Made by a program: the position numbers and the translations under genes | The notes under the pieces: generated by a model | The model's input: only the letters and a program-made list of their open reading frames with translations | What the model was told of the DNA's origin: nothing | The model's database searches: none | Shown: piece after piece, positions 56,849 through 64,000 of the stretch | How the letters are laid out: every line of letters starts with the position of its first letter | Numbering within the stretch: the stretch's first letter is position 1 | DNA from: Bacteroidota bacterium | GTDB lineage: Bacteria > Bacteroidota > Bacteroidia > Chitinophagales > Chitinophagaceae | Reading direction: 5' to 3' | Assembly (NCBI GenBank): GCA_029555415.1 | Contig: JAKPSI010000067.1 | Location: 18,515 to 82,514, forward strand | DNA length: 64,000 bases

Positions 56849-57904
56849 TTAGTTGTCGTTATCGCTTTGTTCTTCATTGGGAAGGAATTCCCACAGATCA
56901 TCGAACCGGTAGCTGCTGTTGTTCCCGGTAACGATATATCCGCGGTCATTGACCGTAAAAGCAATGAGTCCTTCACGGGCGCTACCTTCAAAAGCCGTTT
57001 TCTCCTTCCAGTTGTCATTGAGGATATCATATTCCCAGGTGGTTCCGATCACGCCGCTACGGCTTCCACTGGTGAGATAAGCTTTGCTGCCCATGACGAA
57101 TACTGCAGCGTTGTTACGTGTGATATTGTTATCATAGTCGTCGTCGAAAGTATCATCGGTCGCGTCTGTGATCTTTCTTTTTTCTGTCCAGCTGTTCAAA
57201 CCCGGATCATAGGCCCAGAAATCATTCAGGAAGCTTCCGTTATTGAGTCCGCTCACGACATATGCGATGCTGTTGTATACGAAAACGACCGCTTCACTTC
57301 TTTTGGAACCGGTCATACTTGCCACTTGTGTCCAGGTGTTTCCGGTGGGATCATATTTCCACATATCCTTCAGGAAGTTCCCGTCGTATCCGGTTCCGAT
57401 ATAACCATTACTGCCGATCGCGAAACCGATCGCATTGTATCGGGCCGAGCCTCCGAAGTCGGCTTTACGGGTCCAGACATTTGCCGTGGGGTCATATTCC
57501 CAGAAATCTTTCAGTTTGTTATCATTCGCATCATATCCGGTTCCAACATAACCTTTGCCATTGATGGTGAAGGCTACAGCTGAATTCCTGGCCACTCCCG
57601 GGAAATCTGCGATGCGTACCCAGGTGCCGGTAGACTGATCAAATGCCCAGAAATCATTCAGCCTGTTGGTGCCGTCAAATCCACCTCCGACATACACTTT
57701 ATTACCGATCGTGAAACTGACGGCCTCCGTACGTCCCACCCCTTCGAATTCAGAACCACGTTTCCAATTACCAACGAGGTCTGATGTGGTCGAGGAGTCT
57801 CTCTGACAGCTGCTAAGCAGGGAGCAAATGAGGATCATGGCCATGGCACCGGACAGTTGGAAACGGAAGGATGATCTGGCAATAAGGGTATTCTTTTTTC
57901 TCAT
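56849..57904 (-). CDS. Kelch-repeat beta-propeller lipoprotein
   Basis: Lipobox LSSC. There are six repeats of the 'GG.DG...LND.W.YDP..N.W' type. Confidence 0.7.
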   Translation of the reverse strand: MRKKNTLIARSSFRFQLSGAMAMILICSLLSSCQRDSSTTSDLVGNWKRGSEFEGVGRTEAVSFTIGNKVYVGGGFDGTNRLNDFWAFDQSTGTWVRIADFPGVARNSAVAFTINGKGYVGTGYDANDNKLKDFWEYDPTANVWTRKADFGGSARYNAIGFAIGSNGYIGTGYDGNFLKDMWKYDPTGNTWTQVASMTGSKRSEAVVFVYNSIAYVVSGLNNGSFLNDFWAYDPGLNSWTEKRKITDATDDTFDDDYDNNITRNNAAVFVMGSKAYLTSGSRSGVIGTTWEYDILNDNWKEKTAFEGSAREGLIAFTVNDRGYIVTGNNSSYRFDDLWEFLPNEEQSDNDN

Positions 57905-58059
57905 ACTTTTTTATTTGCGGGTAAACATTCAATGAACAGGTGCAAACTGCAACCACATCAAATAAAAAAAATGTTAAGGGCGCCTGCAGGGACGGATCGC
58001 AGGTTAAAAAGGACGTATTGAAGGTTGAGACGCAGATATGAAGAAGATGTGTGAGAAGA

Positions 58060-58145
58060 GAGAGGTAAAAGGTAAGAGGTAACAGGTAAAAGGTAACAGG
58101 TAAAAGGTAACAGGTAACAGGTAAGAGGGATAAGGTGAAAGATAA
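58060..58145. repeat. Tandem AGGTAAMAGGTAAC repeat array
   Basis: gaggtaaaaggtaagaggtaacaggtaaaaggtaacaggtaaaaggtaacaggtaacaggtaagagggataaggtgaaag. Confidence 0.9.
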
Positions 58146-58157
58146 GATCGCGAAAAT

Positions 58158-59612
58158 TTATTTGATCACCACCGTATTGAATGAATCTCCTTTCAGTCTG
58201 ATCCCGAATACATCCTTGCCAACTTTGAAACTCACGATGCGTTCATCAACAGAGTCATTCTGGGCAACGATCACCACAGATCTGTCAGGATTCATGAAGG
58301 CCAGCAGGTTGCTGAAACCGCCATTCACTGTCAGTCGTTTTGCACCGGGTTTCACGAAATGGCTCAGGTGCTTCATCAGGTAATATTCGTAGTTGTATTT
58401 GAAGGTATGTTTCACCGTATCCACACTGATCAGCGAATTCTGTTTCCATCCCCAGGTACTGATGCCGCCATCATTCAGCGATGTGTTCCAGTACATATAT
58501 GCTGATGCGCCATTACTCAGATAATGTTTCATCAGTCCCCAGGTGTATTTACAGTAATCCCAGTCATTCTTTCCATTGCCACATTCCTGCTCCGACTGGA
58601 TCAGTTTCAGATCCGGATAACGTTCATGAATGGAGGCGATAGCATCCTTCCCCGCCCATTGAAACCCTACACCTTTGATCCAGGGGCCGCTTTGCGGATC
58701 ATTCAAAACGGTATCCACCAGTTTCGCATTCGGTCTTTCCATGGTGCCGAAGAAAACATCAACGCCGATCTGTTTCATTTCGGGACCGAGATAGCTCACG
58801 AATTTTGCCAGCCCGGCGGCGGTCCAGGTGCAACTCGGGAATACCTGCGCGGAATTGAATTCATTCTGCGGCATCACCATACCGATGCGGATGCCTTCCT
58901 TGCGGTAGGCTTCGATGAACTTCCGGAAATAGAGGGCATAGGCCTTGAAATAGTTTTCGCGCTGAATGAAATGATCCCTTCCTTCCACACCTTCCTGTCC
59001 GGGTAACAGTCCATTGTCACGGCCCTTGAACGACATCCCCCATTTCTCTTCCGCTTCTTTTGGCAGTTCCATTTTCGGGAAGGGCTGCATCGCGTAATGT
59101 TTATTGGTCTTCATCCAGGTAGGGGGCGACCAGGGGGAGGCCCACAGTTGCAATTTGGGATTATATTTCAGCGCACTCTTGATGAAGGGGATCAGTGTTT
59201 GTTTGTCATTGGCGATCGTGAAACCGACCAGTGAGAAGTCGCCGTCCCTTTCGTCATACGAATACCAGTTCCTCGAAAAATCATTGGCGCCGACCGGCAT
59301 TCGGCAGATCGTGAAACCCGCGCCTGCAGCAGGTGCGAACAATTCACGGAAGATCTTCTCCCGGTCCTGTGCGGAAAGCAGACCGAGCGAGGTCCATCCC
59401 AGTTCATTGAAACAGGTGCCGAATCCGTCGATGGTCTGCAACGGATGTGTAAGATCGATCTCCGCATCCGGTTTGCCCACACCACTGCTCATGATCTTTT
59501 CTGTTTGCCAGGATGCCGAAGCAGTACTGCTGACCCACGACCGGATCTTCGTCTGCGCGTTTGCTGTAATGGTAAGTATGGCAAAGGCAATGATGCAGGA
59601 TGCTCTTTTCAT
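58158..59612 (-). CDS. Glycoside hydrolase family 30 (glucosylceramidase-like)
   Basis: Signal peptide. 'WASPWSPPTWMKTN' is the GH30 signature. Confidence 0.8.
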   Translation of the reverse strand: MKRASCIIAFAILTITANAQTKIRSWVSSTASASWQTEKIMSSGVGKPDAEIDLTHPLQTIDGFGTCFNELGWTSLGLLSAQDREKIFRELFAPAAGAGFTICRMPVGANDFSRNWYSYDERDGDFSLVGFTIANDKQTLIPFIKSALKYNPKLQLWASPWSPPTWMKTNKHYAMQPFPKMELPKEAEEKWGMSFKGRDNGLLPGQEGVEGRDHFIQRENYFKAYALYFRKFIEAYRKEGIRIGMVMPQNEFNSAQVFPSCTWTAAGLAKFVSYLGPEMKQIGVDVFFGTMERPNAKLVDTVLNDPQSGPWIKGVGFQWAGKDAIASIHERYPDLKLIQSEQECGNGKNDWDYCKYTWGLMKHYLSNGASAYMYWNTSLNDGGISTWGWKQNSLISVDTVKHTFKYNYEYYLMKHLSHFVKPGAKRLTVNGGFSNLLAFMNPDRSVVIVAQNDSVDERIVSFKVGKDVFGIRLKGDSFNTVVIK

Positions 59613-59654
59613 AGCTGATGTTGTTGCAATAAATATAATTAAAATAAGTGCAGG

Positions 59655-59950
59655 ATGGGCTAGTAGCTAATAGCTAACAGCTAGTGGCTATATTTTAACC
59701 ACTGAGGCACGGAGAATTGAGTTTCTTTGAGATTCGGAAGTTCGCCAAAGACGTTTGAGTACACGGGCTGCGCGTGGCGCAGCAACGAGGATAAAATGCA
59801 GACTTGGTTCTGTTAGAACACACTGGCAGCTAATAGCCAGCAGCCAGTAGCCATCAGCTTTCTCCTGAATTCAACTACAAAGCGATCAGAAAAAGGTGAG
59901 TACAGTTTTCCTTAGTATAATCTAGCAGCTAATAGCTGGCAGCTATTTTT
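59655..59950. repeat. Two AGCTAATAGC-type arrays flanking a ~120-bp unique core
   Basis: gctagtagctaatagctaacagctagtggctat ... ctgttagaacacactggcagctaatagccagcagccagtagccatcagc ... tagcagctaatagctggcagctat. Confidence 0.8.
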
Positions 59951-60452
59951 CCTTCTTCCATTCGATCTCATAACTGATCCCTGCCAGGAAAAAATGCTGG
60001 TTGGTAAATCCCCACGTGAAGAGATATTCCGCATGTGGTGCCCACTTGCCTGCCTGATATAAAATGCCGGCACCTGTATTGAAAGAAAAGAAGCGGGTCT
60101 TGATGAATACATTCCCGTTCGGGGATTCTTCATTCTCTGAAGTGTGACTGAAACCGGTAATAGGGTAGATGCGCCATTGTTTATTCAGCGGAATAAGGTA
60201 GTGGATGTTCAGATCGAAATCCCATGCGGACTGGTCCATTTCTTCACCATCAATGGTCTTTCTTTTTTTCGGAAAGCGGTTCAATTCCAGTCCTCCTGTG
60301 AAACGCTCCGTGAAGTGCTGAAAGTAACTGACGTTGAACCCGTTCAGGTCCGTATGCAAATTGCGGATATAAGCCAGGTCAATACTGCTTTTCTGGGCCT
60401 GAATGAATAAGAATGATCCGGTCAGCAGGATCAGCAATGAAATTTTACGCAT
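59943..60452 (-). CDS. Small outer-membrane beta-barrel protein (hypothetical)
   Basis: Trimmed to MRKISLLILLTGSFLFIQAQ. Ends '..ISYEIEWKKEK' after aromatic-rich strands. Confidence 0.45.
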   Translation of the reverse strand: MRKISLLILLTGSFLFIQAQKSSIDLAYIRNLHTDLNGFNVSYFQHFTERFTGGLELNRFPKKRKTIDGEEMDQSAWDFDLNIHYLIPLNKQWRIYPITGFSHTSENEESPNGNVFIKTRFFSFNTGAGILYQAGKWAPHAEYLFTWGFTNQHFFLAGISYEIEWKKEK

Positions 60453-60742
60453 GTTGGTAGGTTTGGGCGAAACTATTAAAAGGCAACGACTTGCGGGATT
60501 GATATTCATCAGGATAGCGCCGGTTTTTTGTCATGCCGGTCGCAAAACGCCCTTTTACGGTGGTTTCCCTCAGTGAAATAGCAAGTTGTCCCGGGTAGAA
60601 ATCTGGCTTTATCAGCGTGACATCACTGCGTGATATCATATGTTGATAACTATATTCCATTAGCCTGAACGGGGACATTTTCCAGCCTTAGGCTCTGGCA
60701 CATCAGTTGATTCATTTGGGGTAACCTTCAAAATGCAATATC

Positions 60743-61171
60743 ATGAAAACGATCAACAAAATCTTTCAATGGGGATCCTCCCATCATCCGCAATGGCTTG
60801 TATTCATTCGTGTCTTATTGGGCTTGTTGCTTTTCGCGAAAGGCATCGACTTCATTCAGGACCTTGCCGGTTTACGCTCCCTGCTTCAGTTCAATGGTGT
60901 CGATGACAGGTATACACTGCTGTCGGTGGCCATTGCAGGGCTGCACCTGATCGGAGGTGTGTTCATCATACAGGGATTGTTCACAAGACTCATCGTTCTG
61001 ATCCAGTTGCCCGTCATTTGTGGCGCATTATGGATCGATAAGTCCGGTGCTGAGCTCACGTACGCGGCATCTGTCCTGATCCTGCTCCTCCTTTTCCTTT
61101 TTGTAGGCGGAGGACGTGTTTCCCTCGATCATTATTTTTTCGGCGGACAGGAAGATGTACAACCTGTCTGA
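60743..61171 (+). CDS. DoxX-family membrane protein
   Basis: 142 aa, 4 TM helices, 'WLVFIRVLLGLLLFAKG'. Confidence 0.5.
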   Translation: MKTINKIFQWGSSHHPQWLVFIRVLLGLLLFAKGIDFIQDLAGLRSLLQFNGVDDRYTLLSVAIAGLHLIGGVFIIQGLFTRLIVLIQLPVICGALWIDKSGAELTYAASVLILLLLFLFVGGGRVSLDHYFFGGQEDVQPV

Positions 61172-61188
61172 ATCTGAACGAACCTGGT

Positions 61189-64000
61189 TTACTCAGCTTT
61201 CATGATCATGACACTGAACTGCTGGTTATTCAGCCCGATGCGTAAAATATAGACGCCGTTGGGAAGCGATGTCATGTCGATCGTCCTGTTCACATTTCCG
61301 TTCACGTTCACAGGCATATTGAAAAGGACACGCTTTCCATTCAGGTCGAATAAGCTGTAATCCATTTTACGGCTGTTCGCCAGTTTCAATTGGATCCGGA
61401 GTAAACCCTTCGTAGGATTCGGAGCGATGTAGAACGATTCCATTCCATCCACCTGCGGTACCGCTGTTGAGATGCAATTGATGGTCTCCGTTACATTCGC
61501 GGTTTGCGGAGTGGCACAGACTGCACTGGAAGTCATCACACATTTCACCACCATTCCATTCACTGCGTTATTCAAAGTGAATGATACACCAGTACCGGAA
61601 ATCACATTATTCACCAGCCACTGGTATTGCGGTGTGGTGCCACCATTCACAGGTGTGGCCTGGAAGTTCAGCGTAGTGGAAGGACAGCCCGTATATCCAA
61701 TGGTCACAGAGGGAACGACCGTTCCGTTCGTAACGGTCAATGAAACACTGACCGCATTATTGGTTTCATTCGATTCCGTCACCTGCGCTTGCCCGTCCGC
61801 AACAATGAATATGAAATAAGTTCCGGCAGGAACCGTACAGGGTATCGCAGCCGATTTCGTGAATTGTCCGCTGTTACCACCCGCAGCGATCGTAGCCGTG
61901 ATGTCCTGTTGGGTCAGTAGCTGATCACCATTGGCGCCGGGGGTCAGTACATTGTCAGCTGAAATATAAATATTGACCTTGTGTGCAAGGCTTGCCGGCG
62001 CATTACCATTGTTGGTTTCTGTAAAGACGACATTCACACTGGATCCGGTGGGAGCGGATGCCGGGTTGACCGATTGACCCGTGATCACCAGATCAGGCAT
62101 GGGCGTTGGCGCTCCTAATGTGGCCAGCGTATCGCTTGCAGTGAATTCTGAGAAGGAAGTGAGGTTGAAGGCGGAAATGGTACGCGCTGTTGTATTCACC
62201 AGGGTCGGATGCTGATCCGTCCAGGTGCCCGCCGTACCTGTCTGCTTCTTGTTCATGATCACCGTTCCGAAATTGGTGACCTTGCCTTTCATCGTGGAGT
62301 CGTAGAATAATTTCAGATCGTAACTGTAACCTGTTCCGCCGGTCACATTCACCAACAGATAGCCATTTATATAACGGGCACCTGTAACCGTATTATTATT
62401 CGTGGTGTCATTGGGCCATGTACCAGCATAGAAACGCGCGTTGCTGATCTGGGGCAGCGTGCCTGTTGCCGACCAGGTGATCGTTGCGGTCAGATTACCA
62501 TTGAAGTATAGTGAATCCGTGCCGCCATTCACGTGATTGCCAGCCATGCGTAATACAGGAGGCGTTGTGGTCGTATTGAATTCGTCACTGCCAATATCAA
62601 CCGCGCCGGAGCTGGTGCTGGTGGATCTGACGTTCGTAGCGCCATAGTCATCCGAAATATTTGCCAAAGGCAGGCCTCTGCCGTTGACATACCAGCAGAT
62701 GCTGTCGTTCACATTGATGTCAAGGTCGCCCTTTGCACTATCGGCGAATAAACGCCCTGCAGGCATTTTGATTTCCTGCATCGCGAAAGAATACTGATCG
62801 GTCTGTGTACTGATCCGCCAAGCGTGGATGTTCTGTATGCTGGAGAAACCCCAGCGGAACGCGGTGTTCGTGTCCTTCAGCGCATACATGTTGTAATTGG
62901 CGCTATTGGGCAGCCAGGATGTTGCAGGTGTGGCCGTCTCGATACTTACCGCACCATGTTGCCCGGTTCCTCCTGTTCTTGCATTCATAAGCAGGTTGTT
63001 CTTGAAAAGGGCAGACTTGCCCGAACCACTGTTCCGGTATCCGAATGAATTGCTGTTACCGGTCTGGTTGCCACCGATCAGGATGCTGTTGAATTCAATG
63101 AAATGATTATTGCCAGTGCCCAGGAATGTACTGTCGTTAATGCCATAAATATGGACCGGGTTCGCGGAGCTGCCATTGGTCAGTGTGATCTGATTGTTCT
63201 CCACATTCCAATCTCCTGTCTGCTGCAGATAAATGCCGATGATCGAACCATTGATACTGTTAGGTTGTGTAAGATTCCAGATCCGGTTGCGGCTGACCTT
63301 CCCTGCATTGTTATCCGCATTCAGGTGAATGCCGGCAATGGGAACAGGAACAGTATTGGTGCACCGCAGGTTGAATATCTGATTCTGTGAAATCTCATTC
63401 AGTGTGGCATGCGTCAGTACGGAAATGCCACACAGTGCCGGGGAAGAACTGTATTGCGCGCCAGAAGCGGAACTGATGTTACGGATGATATTGTTACGGA
63501 TGACCGTGCTGGAATCCGTGGTCTGCCAGATGCCCTGCACCAGTGCATAGTAAACGGTGCTGGTGCAATTGATACCACTGATAAGGTTGTTCGAAATGAT
63601 GTGTTTCCTGTTGGAAAAGTAAATACCAGTAAATGAGATGCTGGCGATATCCAGACTGTTCGTTATCGTGGAGTCGCCGATGGCATTGTGATTGATGATG
63701 GCCATTCCGTAGGAAACGATGGGGAAGAAATTATCGGCATCCGGGTGGGTTGTTTTGATGTTGCGGATGGTGTTATGCTCGATATGGGAATAGTTATTCG
63801 ATTGCGCTCCCATCTGAATGCCATAAAAATTATTGAAGTCCGCATTGTTCTGCCAGACACTGCCGCCGCAGAAGGGCTGTGATCCGCCTATATAATTACC
63901 GTTGGCTTGTTGTTGTGAAGTGCTGCCTGTCAGATTAATGGCGATATATTCCGTTGAAGCATGGGGAAGCGGATCGTTCCAGTAGAAATGATTCGAATCC
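61189..64000 (-). CDS. Large T9SS-secreted right-handed beta-helix (pectate-lyase-fold-like) protein, N-terminus beyond window
   Basis: I re-read the reading frame by hand. It stays open from 63813 up to position 64000. N-rich 'NxIxxN' beta-helix repeats, Ig-like stretches, and the C-terminal T9SS tail 'GVYILRIGLNNQQFSVMIMKAE'. Confidence 0.6.
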   Translation of the reverse strand, partial: DSNHFYWNDPLPHASTEYIAINLTGSTSQQQANGNYIGGSQPFCGGSVWQNNADFNNFYGIQMGAQSNNYSHIEHNTIRNIKTTHPDADNFFPIVSYGMAIINHNAIGDSTITNSLDIASISFTGIYFSNRKHIISNNLISGINCTSTVYYALVQGIWQTTDSSTVIRNNIIRNISSASGAQYSSSPALCGISVLTHATLNEISQNQIFNLRCTNTVPVPIAGIHLNADNNAGKVSRNRIWNLTQPNSINGSIIGIYLQQTGDWNVENNQITLTNGSSANPVHIYGINDSTFLGTGNNHFIEFNSILIGGNQTGNSNSFGYRNSGSGKSALFKNNLLMNARTGGTGQHGAVSIETATPATSWLPNSANYNMYALKDTNTAFRWGFSSIQNIHAWRISTQTDQYSFAMQEIKMPAGRLFADSAKGDLDINVNDSICWYVNGRGLPLANISDDYGATNVRSTSTSSGAVDIGSDEFNTTTTPPVLRMAGNHVNGGTDSLYFNGNLTATITWSATGTLPQISNARFYAGTWPNDTTNNNTVTGARYINGYLLVNVTGGTGYSYDLKLFYDSTMKGKVTNFGTVIMNKKQTGTAGTWTDQHPTLVNTTARTISAFNLTSFSEFTASDTLATLGAPTPMPDLVITGQSVNPASAPTGSSVNVVFTETNNGNAPASLAHKVNIYISADNVLTPGANGDQLLTQQDITATIAAGGNSGQFTKSAAIPCTVPAGTYFIFIVADGQAQVTESNETNNAVSVSLTVTNGTVVPSVTIGYTGCPSTTLNFQATPVNGGTTPQYQWLVNNVISGTGVSFTLNNAVNGMVVKCVMTSSAVCATPQTANVTETINCISTAVPQVDGMESFYIAPNPTKGLLRIQLKLANSRKMDYSLFDLNGKRVLFNMPVNVNGNVNRTIDMTSLPNGVYILRIGLNNQQFSVMIMKAE

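Noticed and set aside
63985-64000. tRNA T-loop-like motifs (ATTCGAATCC at the window end; GGACTCGAACC at ~18020)
   Set aside because: Both lie inside well-supported coding frames and lack the rest of a cloverleaf. Treated as coincidental.

Overview
This is a gene-dense 64 kb chromosomal window with about 50 % GC. It looks like a Bacteroidota genome, possibly Chitinophagaceae or Sphingobacteriia, but that is a guess from gene content: T9SS C-terminal sorting domains, CarboxypepD_reg + TonB-dependent receptors, many SpII lipoproteins, GxxExxY and DUF2911-type proteins. No rRNA, tRNA or CRISPR array was found. About 50 credible CDS were called, most with assignable functions.

Three signals stand out.

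1. The first ~14 kb is densely packed with C-N bond ligases and hydrolases. It includes a tight five-gene minus-strand operon: GATase1-fold Cys hydrolase -> glutathionylspermidine-synthase-like (YgiC-type) ATP-grasp -> cupin -> two tandem MetA-family outer-membrane channels. It also holds a secreted amidase/amidohydrolase pair, a YbdK/GCS2 carboxylate-amine ligase next to a second ATP-grasp ligase, and an esterase. This resembles the amidoligase metabolite systems predicted by comparative genomics, and I rank it the best candidate for an undescribed system.

2. A family of composite intergenic tandem oligo-repeats occupies at least eight intergenic regions. The modules are [GGAKAATG]n, [AGGTRAMAGGTAA]n, [AGCTAWTAGCT..]n + GTGTTCTAA, and [GACTAM]n. 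In two cases the arrays run into the last codons of genes.

3. Two possible small mobile or structured elements are present. One is a 298-bp MITE-like element with ~32-bp terminal inverted repeats that exactly fills the ykgJ/yraN intergenic space. The other is a GxxExxY nuclease-fold gene bracketed by inverted ATCTGCG arrays, with a decayed second copy beside it.

Other content: two TonB-dependent receptors, ribBA, TamB, ggt, an M14 carboxypeptidase, flotillin, a PIG-L deacetylase + SSF symporter preceded by two tiny TM ORFs, an ECF sigma/anti-sigma(TonB-C)/vWA/T9SS module, xerD, manA, rnhA, an acyl-CoA carboxyltransferase, a LytTR two-component system, GH30, a Kelch lipoprotein, and a large beta-helix T9SS substrate that runs off the window end. 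All calls are by-eye motif and composition calls; no database searches were run.
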